Shown one piece after another: positions 11,819-25,110 of a stretch of DNA of 64,000 nt (position 1 is its first letter; every line of letters starts with the position of its first letter). The DNA comes from Camelus dromedarius (Eukaryota). The stretch lies in NCBI RefSeq assembly GCF_036321535.1, contig NC_087436.1, forward strand, positions 63,428,001 through 63,492,000, read 5' to 3'. The notes below the pieces were generated by a model. That model was given only the letters and a program-made list of their open reading frames with translations. It was not told the origin of the DNA and did not search any database. A program made the position numbers and the translations under genes.

Positions 11819-14649
11819 AATAGGATTGATTACAAACTATTGCTATACCCTTTGTCAACATGAGTTCTACATTTTGTAAACTTATATTTTATCATGTCTG
11901 GAAATTTTTAAAAAATAACATGAGACCAGTTTTATTAAATGTCCCACTATAAGGAAAAGGTTATAGCTTGGGATGAAAATACTTTATTTCTAATTTTCAT
12001 TATTTAATAACTAGTGAGGCAAACCATTTAAACACTAAGAAATGCAGTTGCTAATTGTATCTAAAGATTTCTTGCTATTGTAGGTGAATTATAGTAGAAA
12101 ATAAATGAACATCACTTTGCAGTCTTACTCAGGGAGTTGGAGTTACTGAAGGACTTTCTCAATGGAAAAGAAAGGTGAGAATTGCAATAAATTATATATG
12201 ACTTCAACCTTATAAACTATAAATGAAAAAAACGTATTTTAAAAGGAAATTGCTAGTTAAGCTATTAGTTCAACTACAAAAGATGAATAATAATGCTTAT
12301 TAATAAGATGAAATAAGATTAATTAGTATTTCCTACAGAGAAGAATTTTATTCTAAGAAGTCATTAATCAAGATCTTGAATTATGCCAACAGTTTTAAAA
12401 CTTGCTGGCATTTTGAAGCCAGGACATGGCATAAATAGAATTATAGTTTAATTCAGGTGATAGGGAGTTCATGAGCTATTAATGTTTGTAGGGGTGTCAT
12501 CTTTTTCCTGAGGAATGAGCAGTAACCCAACACAAAATTGTCTGAAATCTGGTTAACTTGATCTTATTACTTGACATGTTTGACATTAAAGAAATTTATC
12601 TGGTGGGCAACTTTGTAGACACATAAAACACAAAGTGGCAAAAATTTAGTAGAGTTCATCTTCAGAAGAAATGGCCAATTGGGTTATGATCCATTTTCAG
12701 AAAGAAATCAGATTAAAAATCATAAACTAGAATAGAGGATGGCTCAGATTGTTCATTTCACATGGTTGGAGTTTTGTATGGAGAATGTGCCTACACACTC
12801 TTGCAGAGTCTAAATTCAACACTAATAGTATGAGATGAGCAGCCCCTAAATACCAACAGGTCTAGTTCTCATTGATCTCCTGGCTAGAATAGGACAAGTT
12901 TTGAAGATAACTGTTTTTTGTTTTTATTTTTGTTTCTGTTTTTTTTTTTTTAATGAAAATGGGTGAGTCTAAGATAAGATTATTTGATTTCCAGTGGCTC
13001 ACAACATTCAACAGGATGCCTCACTTTGGGATAAGCTCAAAATTGCTTTACCAAACCTACCACTAGTATTCCCAGTGAGAAATACAAAAACAAGAGCTGA
13101 ACCTTTAAGAGATTCAATACTGATTGAAAGGAAAAAAAGAACAATCTAGTGGGAAAAAAATTGATTTGGAACTTTTAATTTCTTAACAGTCTTTCTGTGC
13201 TTCAAAGTAGATACTCATGGAATATACCAGGGGTTTTAATGAAATCTGTAGCATAAAAATTAAAGATGCACTACATCATAAAGTGATAAGTAATTTCTAA
13301 GTATATTTATTTAAAATTAAGCAAAACAAGTTGGTAAAATGAAAAAATAGTCAATTATTGTATATTAAATATACTTACATAATGATATACAAAATAGATA
13401 TTTATGTTTCTTAATGGTGTGACTTGTTCAGTTTGGGGGAGTTTTTTCACTGTATAGGAGATTAGATTAAGAGATCTGACTTTATGATTTGGTGAATTAA
13501 TATAAGAAAATTCCAGTTATGAAAAGTAGAACATAAAAAAGATGAATAGAAGCACCTTATAAAACTCTTTCACCTACAGCTTAATTCACTAGAGAATTTT
13601 TAAGCATTCTATTCACTTAAAATATTCAATTTATAAAATGAGATTCTCAAAGAGTTCTCTTGGAACATATATTTCAAAGAACAATTTCTAACACACTAAG
13701 AATCTTTTTTCAACACAGATGAAAAGTGGTTAAAGGTAAATTTGGTGGTTATAAAAAGATATTTCAAAGGCTAAAATTAAAATTGATACTGGACATATGT
13801 AATTTGTAACTTAATACTTATTTGGGGTTAAAAACAGGTTATTCAAGTGTTTGCACACTATATTTGGGTTGCAAATATAGTTAATGGGGAAAAATAACAC
13901 TTAGAATCAATGAGTGGTGAGTAAAGGTTACGAAGGTTTGTGTTACAAGTTGGGAATTGATAGAATAGGCATATTCTTTGTGCAAATGTGGGAAAATTTT
14001 CAGGGTAGAGGCCAGCTACATTTAGCTTTTCTCTGGGGAGTTGTGATATAAATTTAATTAATTTTCAAATACTTTGCATTCTCATTCATTTTATAAATTT
14101 GTCACGTTTGCTTCTTACTTTTTGAGAGGTTTACATTTTCAAAAACTCTATTCTAAGCTTGTCTCTTCATCAATCTTCTTTCCTTTTAAGTATTTCAAAT
14201 GTCATTTCTATTCTTTTAAAGAGGGCCTTAAATTTCCTGGGACATTTTAGTCCTATTCATTTCTATTAACTGATAAAGTTTATAAATATAACACAAATAT
14301 ATGTTCACCTCCTCAAACCTGCCTGTTCTAACTTCATCATCAATTGCCATGTTTGACTCCTCCTTCTACTAATGACACTAGTTAGTTACCAAATGCTATA
14401 AATTCTATCCAAACCCTTAAAGCCATACTGTATAAAACCACCTGTTTCTAATAATCACACATTATGGGTGCTTTCTAAACCCACCTTTAATCTTCTCCTG
14501 AGTTACTTCTGTCTGCACATAGAAAATATATTTAGCTTGGAGATAAAATTAAAAATTAAAATGACTATTAGTTAAGTTATATTTCTCTTAGAGTTTACTA
14601 CTCCAATTTAAATTGCTTATTTAAAATTTTGAGTCCTGTTTTCCTTCTT

Positions 14650-14930
14650 AGATCTCTTGAGGCAGAATCTCTTACGGAGGAACTTGGAAAGCTACACGTT
14701 CTACAGTCGCGTTCTTCAGGTGATTCTCATGAATGATGACCTTTGAAGGCTAAGATTAGTGTTTGAAACTCTGCTCATTGAAATCACCAGGAGGGCTAGT
14801 TAGAAAGGCAGATTGCCACGTCCCACTGTGAGAAAGTCTTACTCAGGAAGTCTCGCGATAACTCTGTGAATACATAACCCAGGTTATTGCGGCGTAGTGT
14901 GTTGCAAGCCTAACTTCTGGGATCCTTTGC
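14650..14930. mobile_element. Two adjacent MER5-type (hAT-Charlie) remnants
   Basis: 'cagaatctct...caggtgattctcatg...ctttgaagg' followed by 'gtttgaaact...gaaatcaccaggagggctagttagaaaggcagattgcc...cccaggttattgc' resemble MER5A/B. Confidence 0.5.
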
Positions 14931-15132
14931 CTGCGGGATTGACTCCATATTTTGAAGGTAAATGTTTAATTTTTCAATCTGCTTAATCTCAAGCATGTCA
15001 GTTCTATGTTCGAACATTGACATTTATTCAATACAGTCGAATGTTAGAGCTCTTTTTTAGGATTCAAAAATCTTTGTAATCTCTGATTCAAAGCAGGATT
15101 GGCTTGTCTACTACTGTTGATCTTACGTAAGT
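14670..15132 (+). promoter_or_regulatory. Candidate weak-CpG promoter / first exon
   Basis: 13 CpGs counted in about 460 bp of otherwise CpG-poor DNA; TCTCGCGATA at 14851-14860; donor-like GAAG|GTAAAT (GT at 14958); CTTACGTAAG palindrome at 15122-15131. Confidence 0.4.
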
Positions 15133-15677
15133 TCCTTCTGTTCTGGTTAAAACAGATTTCTCCCCTTTGTTCTTATTTAAAATGTTTTGGAGTTATTCTA
15201 TCAGGTGAAATATATAAGCAATGTGTTTTAGCCCCCAAAACTGAGAATCTGATTAGTTGCACTAAATGTACTTACTAATTTTGGCAGAAGTTACCTCTTC
15301 AACTTATTAAATCATCTCATGTACAGTCTATTTCTGATTTTTGTACTTATATATAATATCAGTGTTTTTTCTGGGTTTTGTTGCATTGATCTTGTACATT
15401 TCTTCTGTTTGTATTTAGAAACAAAAAGTAATTCTATCTCCAATGAAAGAGATTTGCTTATCACATTTTTAAACTGATTAATTCAGACATAGGAAGTCGC
15501 TTTTCCCCACATACTTACCATAAAACTAACCACTACACAGATATCTTTTAATACTTGTAATAATTGTTTTTTTTTCAGTATGCACTTTTCTTTTCTTCAT
15601 CCCATTACATTAGAAATCTTCAGAGTGATTTTGAGAGTGTTGATAGCAGATATCAACTGACATGTTCTCTTTAGTTA

Positions 15678-15886
15678 CAATAGCAACACCTGAAACTTAA
15701 TAATGCTACTGTATGCCAAGGTATTGCAAGCTGTATTCACCTGTACTCACTTCACCTGTATTCTTTCTTTTAATTCTCTCAAGAATACTATGAGGGAACT
15801 GAAGCACAGAATGTTAAATAATTTACCCAAAACACGAAAGCTAGGAAATGGGGGAGCCACATTTGAGCCCAGTTAAGTTTGCTCCT
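15678..15886 (-). mobile_element. MIR SINE
   Basis: 'tactgtatgccaagg...gagggaactgaagcacagaatgttaaataatttacccaaaacac...gagccacatttgagcccag' is the antisense MIR core. Confidence 0.7.
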
Positions 15887-16589
15887 TAGTTTAATGTTTG
15901 CTACTGATCATGGTGGGTTTTCCTTATTATAGGACAAGTTCCTTTCATAATTTTTTTATTCAGAAATTCTTACGTATTATTGAAATGTAAGTTATTTTTG
16001 TAAATGTGTTGATATATTAGTTTTCTCCATTGAGCTATTCATGTAAAAATGCATGGTAATTTATATCCTAATTTTGAAAATTCCTACATTTCTGGGATGA
16101 AGAGAGACTTGGCCGTGGTGTATTATTTTTCAAATTCATACCTGTATTTGATCTCCTCCTGGTTTACTAAAACTTTGGCATCTTTATACATGGATAAGAG
16201 TCTGTATTTTCATGCTTATAAGTTGTTAATAATGAGTATTGCTTGCTTCATAATTTAGTAAGCTTTCTTTTTCTCTACATTAGTTTGAATACTACAGAAT
16301 TATGTGATTCAATTTTTAATTTTAAATATAGCCTATAACTGTAAAACTGTATTACCATGGTATTTTTATGAACAAATCTTTGACAACCCCTTCAGTTTCT
16401 TTGGTTGTGTGGTCAAGTATACACTAGGTTAAAAAAAAAAAAAAGTCAATTTTAAGCTTTTCTTAAAAACACAATCCAAAAAGTTAATGGAGAAATGGAA
16501 GTATTTTTTGTTGTTATCTAATCAGTGCCTTATAAGGGATAAGAAGGTGTGTATAAAACAATACTGCATACTATGCAAAAACTTTAAAA

Positions 16590-17620
16590 CTCTCGACTTA
16601 GCAATGAAATAAACAGAATAGAAGATCAAATTTTTGAGTTGGAAGATTAGTTGATAGTTTCTGAGAATACATTACAAAATTATAAATGAATGGAAAGTTT
16701 GTAAGTTTACAAACAAAATGAGAAGTTTAAAGATGTCATTGGTAAAGCCAGCAATTTTAATAATCCATCTCTTTGGATCTCTAAATAGAGAGAAGTGAAA
16801 ACACTAACAAAGATATAGAATCAATGAAATGGTAAAGATAATTTCCCACAGCTGAAAAAAACCTTAGCATTTGGATTTAAAGAGCCCAACAATAAGTACA
16901 ATTAATAAAAATTATTTCTATTCAGACATTTCCTTTGAAATATTTTTTTAGTCTAGGGGTATGGAGAAAATACTAAACCTTCTAGCATAAATAAGCAGAT
17001 TTCTTACATAGAAGGAGAATTTTACTGGTATTATACTTTATAATGAAAGCACTTTTTGACCTTACACTTTTGTAAGTGATTAAAGAATCATTTAATTATG
17101 AAAGTAAAATAGAGTTTTTGTTTAATATTTATAGTGATAAACTGAATAGAATTTAAAACATAACTGCTACAGAAAAATAACATTTTCAAACTTGGATTTG
17201 AAAATAGCAGAAAACTAGAAGAATAAAACAATAGGTGAAATTTATTTTGAATATACATGTAAATAGTCTGTGTGAAATATTTTCAAATTAAATTCATTGC
17301 TATTTTAAAAGAATATTATATCTTAATGAGAAATTTGGGATTGTAAAATTAGGTCTACTCTGGGAAATCTATTCACTATATTAGACCAGCAGAAAAAATA
17401 TATATAGTTTTGATAAACACAATCATTCATTGTAAAGCTTGGCAAGCTAAGAAAAGAACAGAAGTCATTATAAGAATGTCAGATATAGCCTCAGTATCCA
17501 ATATAAATATTAAACTTCATTGGTAAAATGATAGAAATATTCTAATTAAATTTCAAGACAACACAGAGATATAAGCCATCAGTGCAACCTTTCAATTCTT
17601 TTCATTTGATAAGTGGTTTT
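16590..17620 (+). mobile_element. Ancient LINE-1 ORF1/ORF2 remnants (L1ME/HAL1-like)
   Basis: 'gaagatcaaatttttgagttggaagat' and 'gataatttcccacagctgaaaaaa...aaagagccc' resemble ORF1; 17500-17600 resembles the RT segment 'ANIILNGEKL..FPL.SGTRQG'. Confidence 0.55.
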
Positions 17621-18572
17621 GGAAAAATAGCAGCAGAATTCTAACCTACACTACACTCAAGAAAAATAAACGATTGAATGTGTACATATTTGTCTGTAAA
17701 TTTACAACAAATGTCTGAAAAAAGCTGACCAAATTATTAACTCCAGTGACTTCCACAGATGTGAGGAATGCAGGTGTGGGGTGGTTTCTTTTATTCTAAA
17801 TTAGTTTAATCTTTAACAACCACACATACTTCTATAACTTAAAAAGATATTATTTAACTAACCAAAGAAAAATGCTCTTTTAAAAATGCATGTGTTAAGA
17901 AGCATATACAAGCCTAAACAATAGTGTTGCTTTCTATTATTTTAACATAGACTTTCGGGAATTTTAAATCTACTTTTTCATCATGTTGTCTTATTTAAAC
18001 AGAAAATCAATCATTTTACACTAACTCACGTTAACTGTTTCTGGGTTCTATATTCTAGGAGGAACTATTAGAGTAAGTTCAATAGCCAATAGAAAATCTT
18101 TGTGCATTTTCATCTAGCTAATGGAAGGAAAAGCACACGTATTTGTGTATGTATAAATAATAAAAATGTTATTAAATGTAAATTATATATAATATAAAAT
18201 ATGAAACATTTAAAATTTAAGTAGAATGGAATATTAATCTTATTGAATTAAATTACAGGGTGAAAACTGTATAAGGGATGGAAAGAAAAAATGAAATATA
18301 TAATTCTCAGTACTTTTATAAATATGAGTTTTGGAAAAACTAAACTTGACACAACAGTAAAATAAAGTAGTGGAGGAAAAAATATACAAATACCAAAGAT
18401 TATTTTATCTCTCACTAAAAAGCATAAAAATCTCTTAAAATTCCGCTAAATTGGCTGTGTCAGATCACCATCCATAAGAAAAATAAACCAGTGCCTTACA
18501 GTTTCAGAAATAGGAATTTTTTTAGAGATAAAATATTTCTAAATGTTTGATTTCATTTTAACACTTTCATAG

Positions 18573-18746
18573 AAGTATTTACCAAACTTGCCTTGATGAT
18601 GAGAATCATTTGGGGCATTGGTTAAATATATAGCTTTGCAGATTCCCTCTTACATGTGATTTATGAGGCCTGGGGCTTCTCCCAGATGTTTACATTTTTT
18701 AATTACCCAAGTGACTCCTATTATTAAGGAATTTTGGGAAATACTG
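18573..18746. mobile_element. MER5-type hAT MITE
   Basis: Decayed TIRs 'agtatttaccaaactt' ... 'ttttgggaaatactg'; internal 'gaatcatttggggcattggttaaa' and 'cccaagtgactcc'. Confidence 0.6.
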
Positions 18747-19199
18747 TTTAAAGGAGGTTTTAAAATCAGTCATATGAAACAACATATGCAGGTGAAACAG
18801 TGGGGAAAAAACTGACGAAATTCAACCTTCTTTCCCCTCAATGGGAGTCAAGTTCACGTAAAACTGTCTCTAAGTTAAATGAGGCTTTAAACTTTTGGTA
18901 GACAGTGAACTTAAATCTACTTTCCTTATTCCAATGTATTTGAAGGCCAAGATGTAGGAATGTTGATCTCTATTTTCTAGAATTTTACTTCAGAGTAATA
19001 CTTAATTCCAAATATTCTTCTAATTATGGAAGTTAAAGATTAAAATATATACAAAAATGAGATTTTAAGCAATTTTTTATCTGATATAGAAAAACATTTC
19101 TTCTGAATTACCTCTCTTAAATATGTTAGTATTAAGATAACACTGAATTTATAGTGTTTAAAAATCAGTTTTTTTTAATTTCATAGTTTGAGTAAACTC

Positions 19200-21765
19200 T
19201 AAATTAGGTATTTGAATTCAATTTGTTAATATTTTGTTGAGTATGTTTGCATGTATGTTCACCCGTGCTATTGGCCTGTAAATTTTGTGTATGTGTGTTT
19301 GATGTCTTTGTTTGGTTTTGATATGACAGTGATGCTGGCCCCATAAAATGATTTTGGAAACACTTATTTCTCTGCAATTTTGTAGAATAGTTTGAGAAGA
19401 ATAGGTATTAACTGTTCTCTAAATGTTCAAAAGAATTTACCTGTGAGCTGTCTGGTCCTGGACGTTGGTTTATTGGGAGTTGTTTTATTACTGATTCAAT
19501 TTCATTTCTCATAATTAGTCTGCTCAGGTTTTCTGTTACTGGTTCAATCTTGGTAGATTGCATATTTCGAATAATTTGTCCATTTCTTCTAGGTTGTCCA
19601 TTTTTTTCATATAGTTGTTTGTATTAATCTCTTTTGATCCCTTGTTGTTTCTGTGGTGTCAGTTATAACTTCTCCTTTTTCATTTCTCATTTATTGATTT
19701 GAACCCTCTTTTTCTTCTTGGTGAATCTGGCTAAAAATTTATCAATTTTGTTTACCTTTTCAAAAAAAACAGTCTTTGGTTTCATTGATCTTTTCTATTT
19801 TTTTAGTCTCAACTTACTTCAGTTCTGATCTTTATGACCGCTTTCCACTAACTTTGGGTTTTTTTTTCTTTTTCAAGTTACTTTAGCTGTGAAGTTAGGC
19901 AGTTTATTTGAGATTTTTTTTTTCCTCAGGTAGGCTTGTATCACTATAAACTTCCCTTTTATAACGGTTTTTGCTGTTTTCCATAGATTTTGGGTTGTTA
20001 TTTTCCTTTTCATTTGTCTCAAGGTATATATTTTTATTTCTTCTTTGATTGCTTCAGGGATCTATTGGTTGTGTAGAATTATATTGTTTAGCCTCCACAT
20101 GTTTGTGTTTTTTGACAGTTCTTTTGTAGTTGATGTTTACTTCTGTAGCTTTATGGTCAGAAAAGATGCTTGATATGATTTCAATTTTGATAAATTTACT
20201 GAGTTTGTGTGTGTGTGTGTAACCTAGCATGTAATCTATCCTGAAGAAATGTTTCACGTGCGCTTGAAAAGAATGTATACTGCAGCTTTTGAATGGAATG
20301 TTCTATATATCTATGAAGTTTTATTGGTCTTACGTTGTTTAAGGTGTGTTTTCTTACTGATTTTCTGTCTAGATGACCTGCCAGTTGATGTAAATAAGAT
20401 GTTAACATCCCCGACTGTTGCTGTGTTACTTTCAGTTTTCTCCCTTTATCTACTAATATGTGCGTTATATATTTGGGTACTTCTATGTTGGGTGTATATA
20501 TATTTATTGTTTTATCATATTAGATTTATCCCTTGATCATTATGTAATATCTGTCTTTGTTTCTTCAGTCTTTGCTTTAAAGCATATTGTGTCTGGTATA
20601 AGTGTTGCTAATCTTTCTTTTCATTTCCATGGAATACTTTATTCCCTCCCTTCAATTTCAGCCTGTGTGTATCTTTAGATCTGAAGTGAGTCTTTTATAG
20701 ACAGCATATATATGGGTCTTGTTTTTGGATCCATTCAGCCATCCTCTTTTGATTGGAGCCTTGGTTAGTCTATTGATATTTCAAGTGGTAATTGATGGAT
20801 ATCTACTTATTGACATTTTAAAATTGATTTTGAGTTTTTTATTTCTGTTCTGTTCTTCTTGCTCTCTTGCCTTGTGATTTGATGACTATCTTTAATCTTA
20901 ATTTATAATTATCTTATTTTTTTGTTTGTATTTATCACAGATTTTTAGTTTGTGGTCACCATGAGGTTTATATATAGCCATCTATATATTAACAATGTGT
21001 CTTGGGTGTGGTCCTCTTAGAGTTTATCCTATTGGGGACTCTCTGTACTTCCTAGACTTGGATGTCTCCTTTTCCCAGTTAGGAATGTTTTCAGCCATTA
21101 CATCTTCAAATATGTTTTTTGCTCCTCCTTTATCTCTCTCTTCCTTCTGGGACCCCCACAATACAAATGTAAGTATACTTCATATTGTCATAAAAGTCTC
21201 TTAAACTGTTATTTACTTTTTAGTTGTTGGTTCTCTTTTCAGCTTCAGTGATTTCTACAGTTCTGTCTTCCAGCTTACTAATCTGTTGCTCTGTATCTAA
21301 TCTACTATTGATTTCTTCTAGTGTATTTTTTGTTTCAGTTATTGTATTCTTCATTTGTTTTGTTCTTCATATTTTCTAATCCTTTGAAGGAATGAGACAT
21401 TAGAAGTTTTTAACAATCTTCTTTTGAGTTCTTCTGAACATCTTTATAATTGTTAGAATTCTTTATCAGGTAGATTGCTTATTTCCACCTCACTTAGTTT
21501 TTCTGGTGTTTTACCTTGCTTCTTCATTTGGAACATATTTCTCTGTTACCTCATTTTGTATAATTTGCTGTTTTTATTTCTATGAATTGGGAATTTGGTT
21601 TTGTTTCATAACATTTGAGAAGTGGCCTTTTGTAGGAGATGACTTATGCATCCCAACATCACACTTGCCCCTGGTCACCAGACACATGATCTAGAGGTGC
21701 CCCCTATGGGTCCTTCTGTTGTAGTGAGTTATTTACTATGGGCAGTCTGTTTGGTGTGGCTATCC
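19200..21765 (-). mobile_element. LINE-1 internal fragment (ORF2 N-terminal part, ORF1, start of 5'UTR); both ends missing
   Basis: ORFs 20054-20257 and 20196-20408 give endonuclease-like peptides ('RIDYMLG..KLSKFIKIEIISSIFSDH', 'YTFFSSA'); ORF1-like 20993-21600; (TG)n microsatellite near 20205-20220. Confidence 0.93.
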
Positions 21766-21769
21766 TCAC

Positions 21770-23645
21770 TATAAGTTATTTTTGTATATCTTTGAAGAAA
21801 TGAGTCCATTTCATCTAAGTTACAAATTTGTAGCCATAGAGTTGGCTTATCATATTCTCTTATTTTCTTTATAATGTCCATGGGTTCAGTCGTGTTACCC
21901 CTATCTCATTTCTAATATTGTTAATTTGTGCTTTCTCTTTTGTTTCTTGTTTGGCCTAACTAAAGTTTATCAATTTCATTGCTGTTTCAAACACCAAGCT
22001 TTAGGATTTATTGATTTTTTTTCCTCTATTTTCCTATTTTCAATATCATTAATTTCTTCTTTAACTGTATTTCAAATGCTTGTCTTAGTCTTAAATAACT
22101 CTCCTTTTCCTAGTAACCTAAGATGGAAGCATAATTATAGATTTTTATTTTTCTAATGTTTCTATGAATATAATCTTGTAATTTTTTTCTACATAGTATT
22201 TTTGCTCTATCCAATAATTCTTTATTTTTATTATTATATAATTTACTCAAATATTTTGAAATTTTTCTTGACTTTTTTGTTCTTCATGTTACATAGACAT
22301 GTGTTTGATCTCCAAATAGTTGGAGGTTTTCTGCTGGTATGTCTTAATAATTTTTAGTTTAATTCTCTTATAGTTTGAGAACATAATTTTGTATGGTTTG
22401 TAGCCTTTAAATTTATTTTTAAAGTTTTCTTGATTGAATTAATGTTGTGTTGGTTTCTGGTGTTCAGCAAACTGATTCAGTTATATATAAATATATATAC
22501 TCTTTTTCATATGCATTTCCATTATGGTTTATAAAAGGATATTGAATATAGTTCCCTGTGAAACACAGTAGGACCTTGCTGTCTATCTGTTCTATACATG
22601 GTAGCTTGTATCTGCTAATCCCAAACTCTTAATTTATGTGTCCTTTAAATTTCTTAAGATGTGATTTATGGCACGGAATGTGGTTCATCCTGGTGATTAT
22701 TACATGTAAGTTTAAAAAGAATATATTCTTCTGTTGTTGGAAGTATTCTGTAAATGTTAATTAGATTGAGTTGATTTATTGTCTTATTCAGTCAACTATA
22801 TCCTTACTGACTTTATGCCTGCTTGACATAGCAATGGCTGAAAGAGGTTTGTTGAAGTCCCAAATATAGTAGATTTATCTATCTCTTTTTCGTTCTATAG
22901 TTTTTGTTTCATCTTTTTGATGCTCTGTTCTTAGGTCCATACAGACTTAAATTGTCTTATTGGATAATTGACCTCTTTATTATTATGTAATACACTTCTT
23001 TATCTCTGATAATTTTACTTCTTGGAAATACTCTGGAAATAACGCTTTGTTTGAAATTAGAACAGCTAATTCCACTTTCTTTTGATTTGTTTATAATTAT
23101 GTTTTCCAACCCTTTGCTTAAAACCTAGTGAATTTGAGTGTTAATATTTATATTTGCTTGTATGTGGTATATAGTTAGGTACCTTATTTTTAATTAGTTC
23201 TGTCATTCTATCTGTTGATTGCTGCATTTAGACCATTTACTCAAAATGATAATTGATATGGTAGGATTAATATCCACTAGGTTTGTGTCTGCTTATTTGT
23301 TGCATTTGTTCATGTCTTCTTTTTCAGCCTTCCCTGGTTTAATCAAGCATTTTATATGAATTCAATTTTGCATTCTCTCTTTATATATCCACTATAATAT
23401 TATTTTCTAGTGTTTGTCATAAAGTTTCCAGTATAAATTTTTATCTAATCCAAGTGTACCCTCATATAACACTATACCACTTCATGTGTATAGAAGGTAC
23501 TTGATAGTGGAGTATTCCCAATTCCTCCTTCCCCATTTTTGTGACACTGCTGTCACTCATTTCACTTATCCATATGCTAGACCACCCAATACATTGTTAC
23601 TATTATTACTTTTAAAAGTTATGTCTTTGGTCAATTAAAAGAAAA
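21770..23645 (-). mobile_element. Older LINE-1 fragment (L1MD/MC-like), interrupted by a younger L1
   Basis: Antisense ORF2 motifs 'gtccatttcatctaagtt', 'gatttatggcacggaatgtggttcatcctggtga', 'tcaactatatccttactga', 'catttagaccatttac'. Confidence 0.85.
22415..22641 (-). mobile_element. Short 5'-truncated young LINE-1 3' end nested in the older L1
   Basis: 3'UTR motif 'ggatattgaatatagttccctgtgaaacacagtaggaccttgc'; flanked by the direct repeat CCTTTAAATTT at 22404-22414 and 22642-22652 (TSD). Confidence 0.9.
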
Positions 23646-23942
23646 ATGTTTTTAGGCTATTGTGCTTGAATGTAAGGAAAGAATTGTAGTATAAAGTTAA
23701 GGACCTAAAGGAAGCAGATAAAACATTTTTAGAATTTAAAGATAGAGTTTGATATCTTTTAAAATTATTAGATAAGAGAGCTTCCTTTATTACTTGAAGT
23801 AATTAGAAGTTGTGTTTATCAAAGGACAGTAAATTAGTTTCAATTTTATTTTTGGATAGATACTGTTTTAATAGTTGGCAAAAGTGCTTTTATGAGAAGT
23901 TAACTGGGTAATGTATGGTAAAATGATAAAAGGAATTTAAAT

Positions 23943-23993
23943 TTAAAATGTTACATTAATTTGTATATACATATATTAATGTAACATCTTTAA
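23943..23993. repeat. AT-rich inverted repeat / quasi-palindrome
   Basis: ATGTTACATTAAT (23948-23960) and ATTAATGTAACAT (23975-23987) are exact reverse complements; the loop holds the palindrome TGTATATACA. Confidence 0.9.
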
Positions 23994-24914
23994 TATGTAT
24001 GTATGTAGATATAGACATATAGATAAAATTGTTTTAAAGATTAGAACTTTTCTTTAGATTCCCAATATAACATCAAGTGTCAACTTTCATAAATAATTGG
24101 TTTTCTTACTTCAGTGACTAAGTTTTAAGATTTTACATTAAAACTTCATTAGAAAGTTTATTTGAGAAGCTTAAATGCAACAAGTGTAAATAATGTTGCA
24201 GGAAATTATCAACTACCATTGCAGTGTCTATGGCAGCTGCTGTCATATTAATTCTTGATAAGCATATAATTAAGTGGTGTCACCACTGTATCAATTAGAA
24301 ATAAGACAAGATGGTTCAACACTTGGAAAATACATGCATACCCACATAGAAAGCATACGGTTAACTTCCTTGTGGTGACTTGCTGCCAGATATTTAGCTA
24401 GAGTCATATTGTGGAGTTAAGACCTCAAGAGCACAAGACATTAAAGAGTTCTCTACTCAGCACATTGGAAAGCATAATTATCACCAAGCCTTTGCTATTA
24501 AAACATCATCAAATTATGTTTATAGAACATTATTCACTGAGAACTTCATATCTATTTCCCAACAATGAGCTTGACTATATTAGTGCATTGGGAATGTTAG
24601 TATTGACTTCTTCAAACTAATAAAAAGCCAATGTAATAAATTATGACTACAGAGTGAAAAAAATAACCCTTACTGGCCATATGATGTTAATATAGCTGTA
24701 GAAGATTTCCTCTCTACTCAGCGGTAGATGCTGGACCACATACTGTGAGGGAAGTATAGATAGGAATTCCTTTATAGAATAAAACAGCACTAAAAAAAAA
24801 TAGAAATACATGAAATCCCTTCTTTTTTTCCAAATGTTTCTTTTTAGTAAGTATTTACACAAATCTCTAATAATTAAGTATCTTTAGAAAATATAATGAT
24901 TATCAAAATACTGA

Positions 24915-25110
24915 CTAATAATACATTTTCTCTGTGTCAGTCTTTGTGCCATTGACTTATTTAGTTACTGCAGCAAACCTTTAAGGAATGTATAAATGAT
25001 CCCTCTCCATGTTGTCAAAAGATGAGAATACTGAGGCTTGGGGTAAATAAATCACTTGACTACGGTAGAATTCCTGCAAGTGGAAAAGCCAAGTTTGCCT
25101 TATCTTTTGG
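24915..25110 (-). mobile_element. MIR SINE
   Basis: 'gatgagaatactgaggcttggggtaaataaatcacttgactacggt...gcaagtggaaaagccaag'. Confidence 0.6.
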
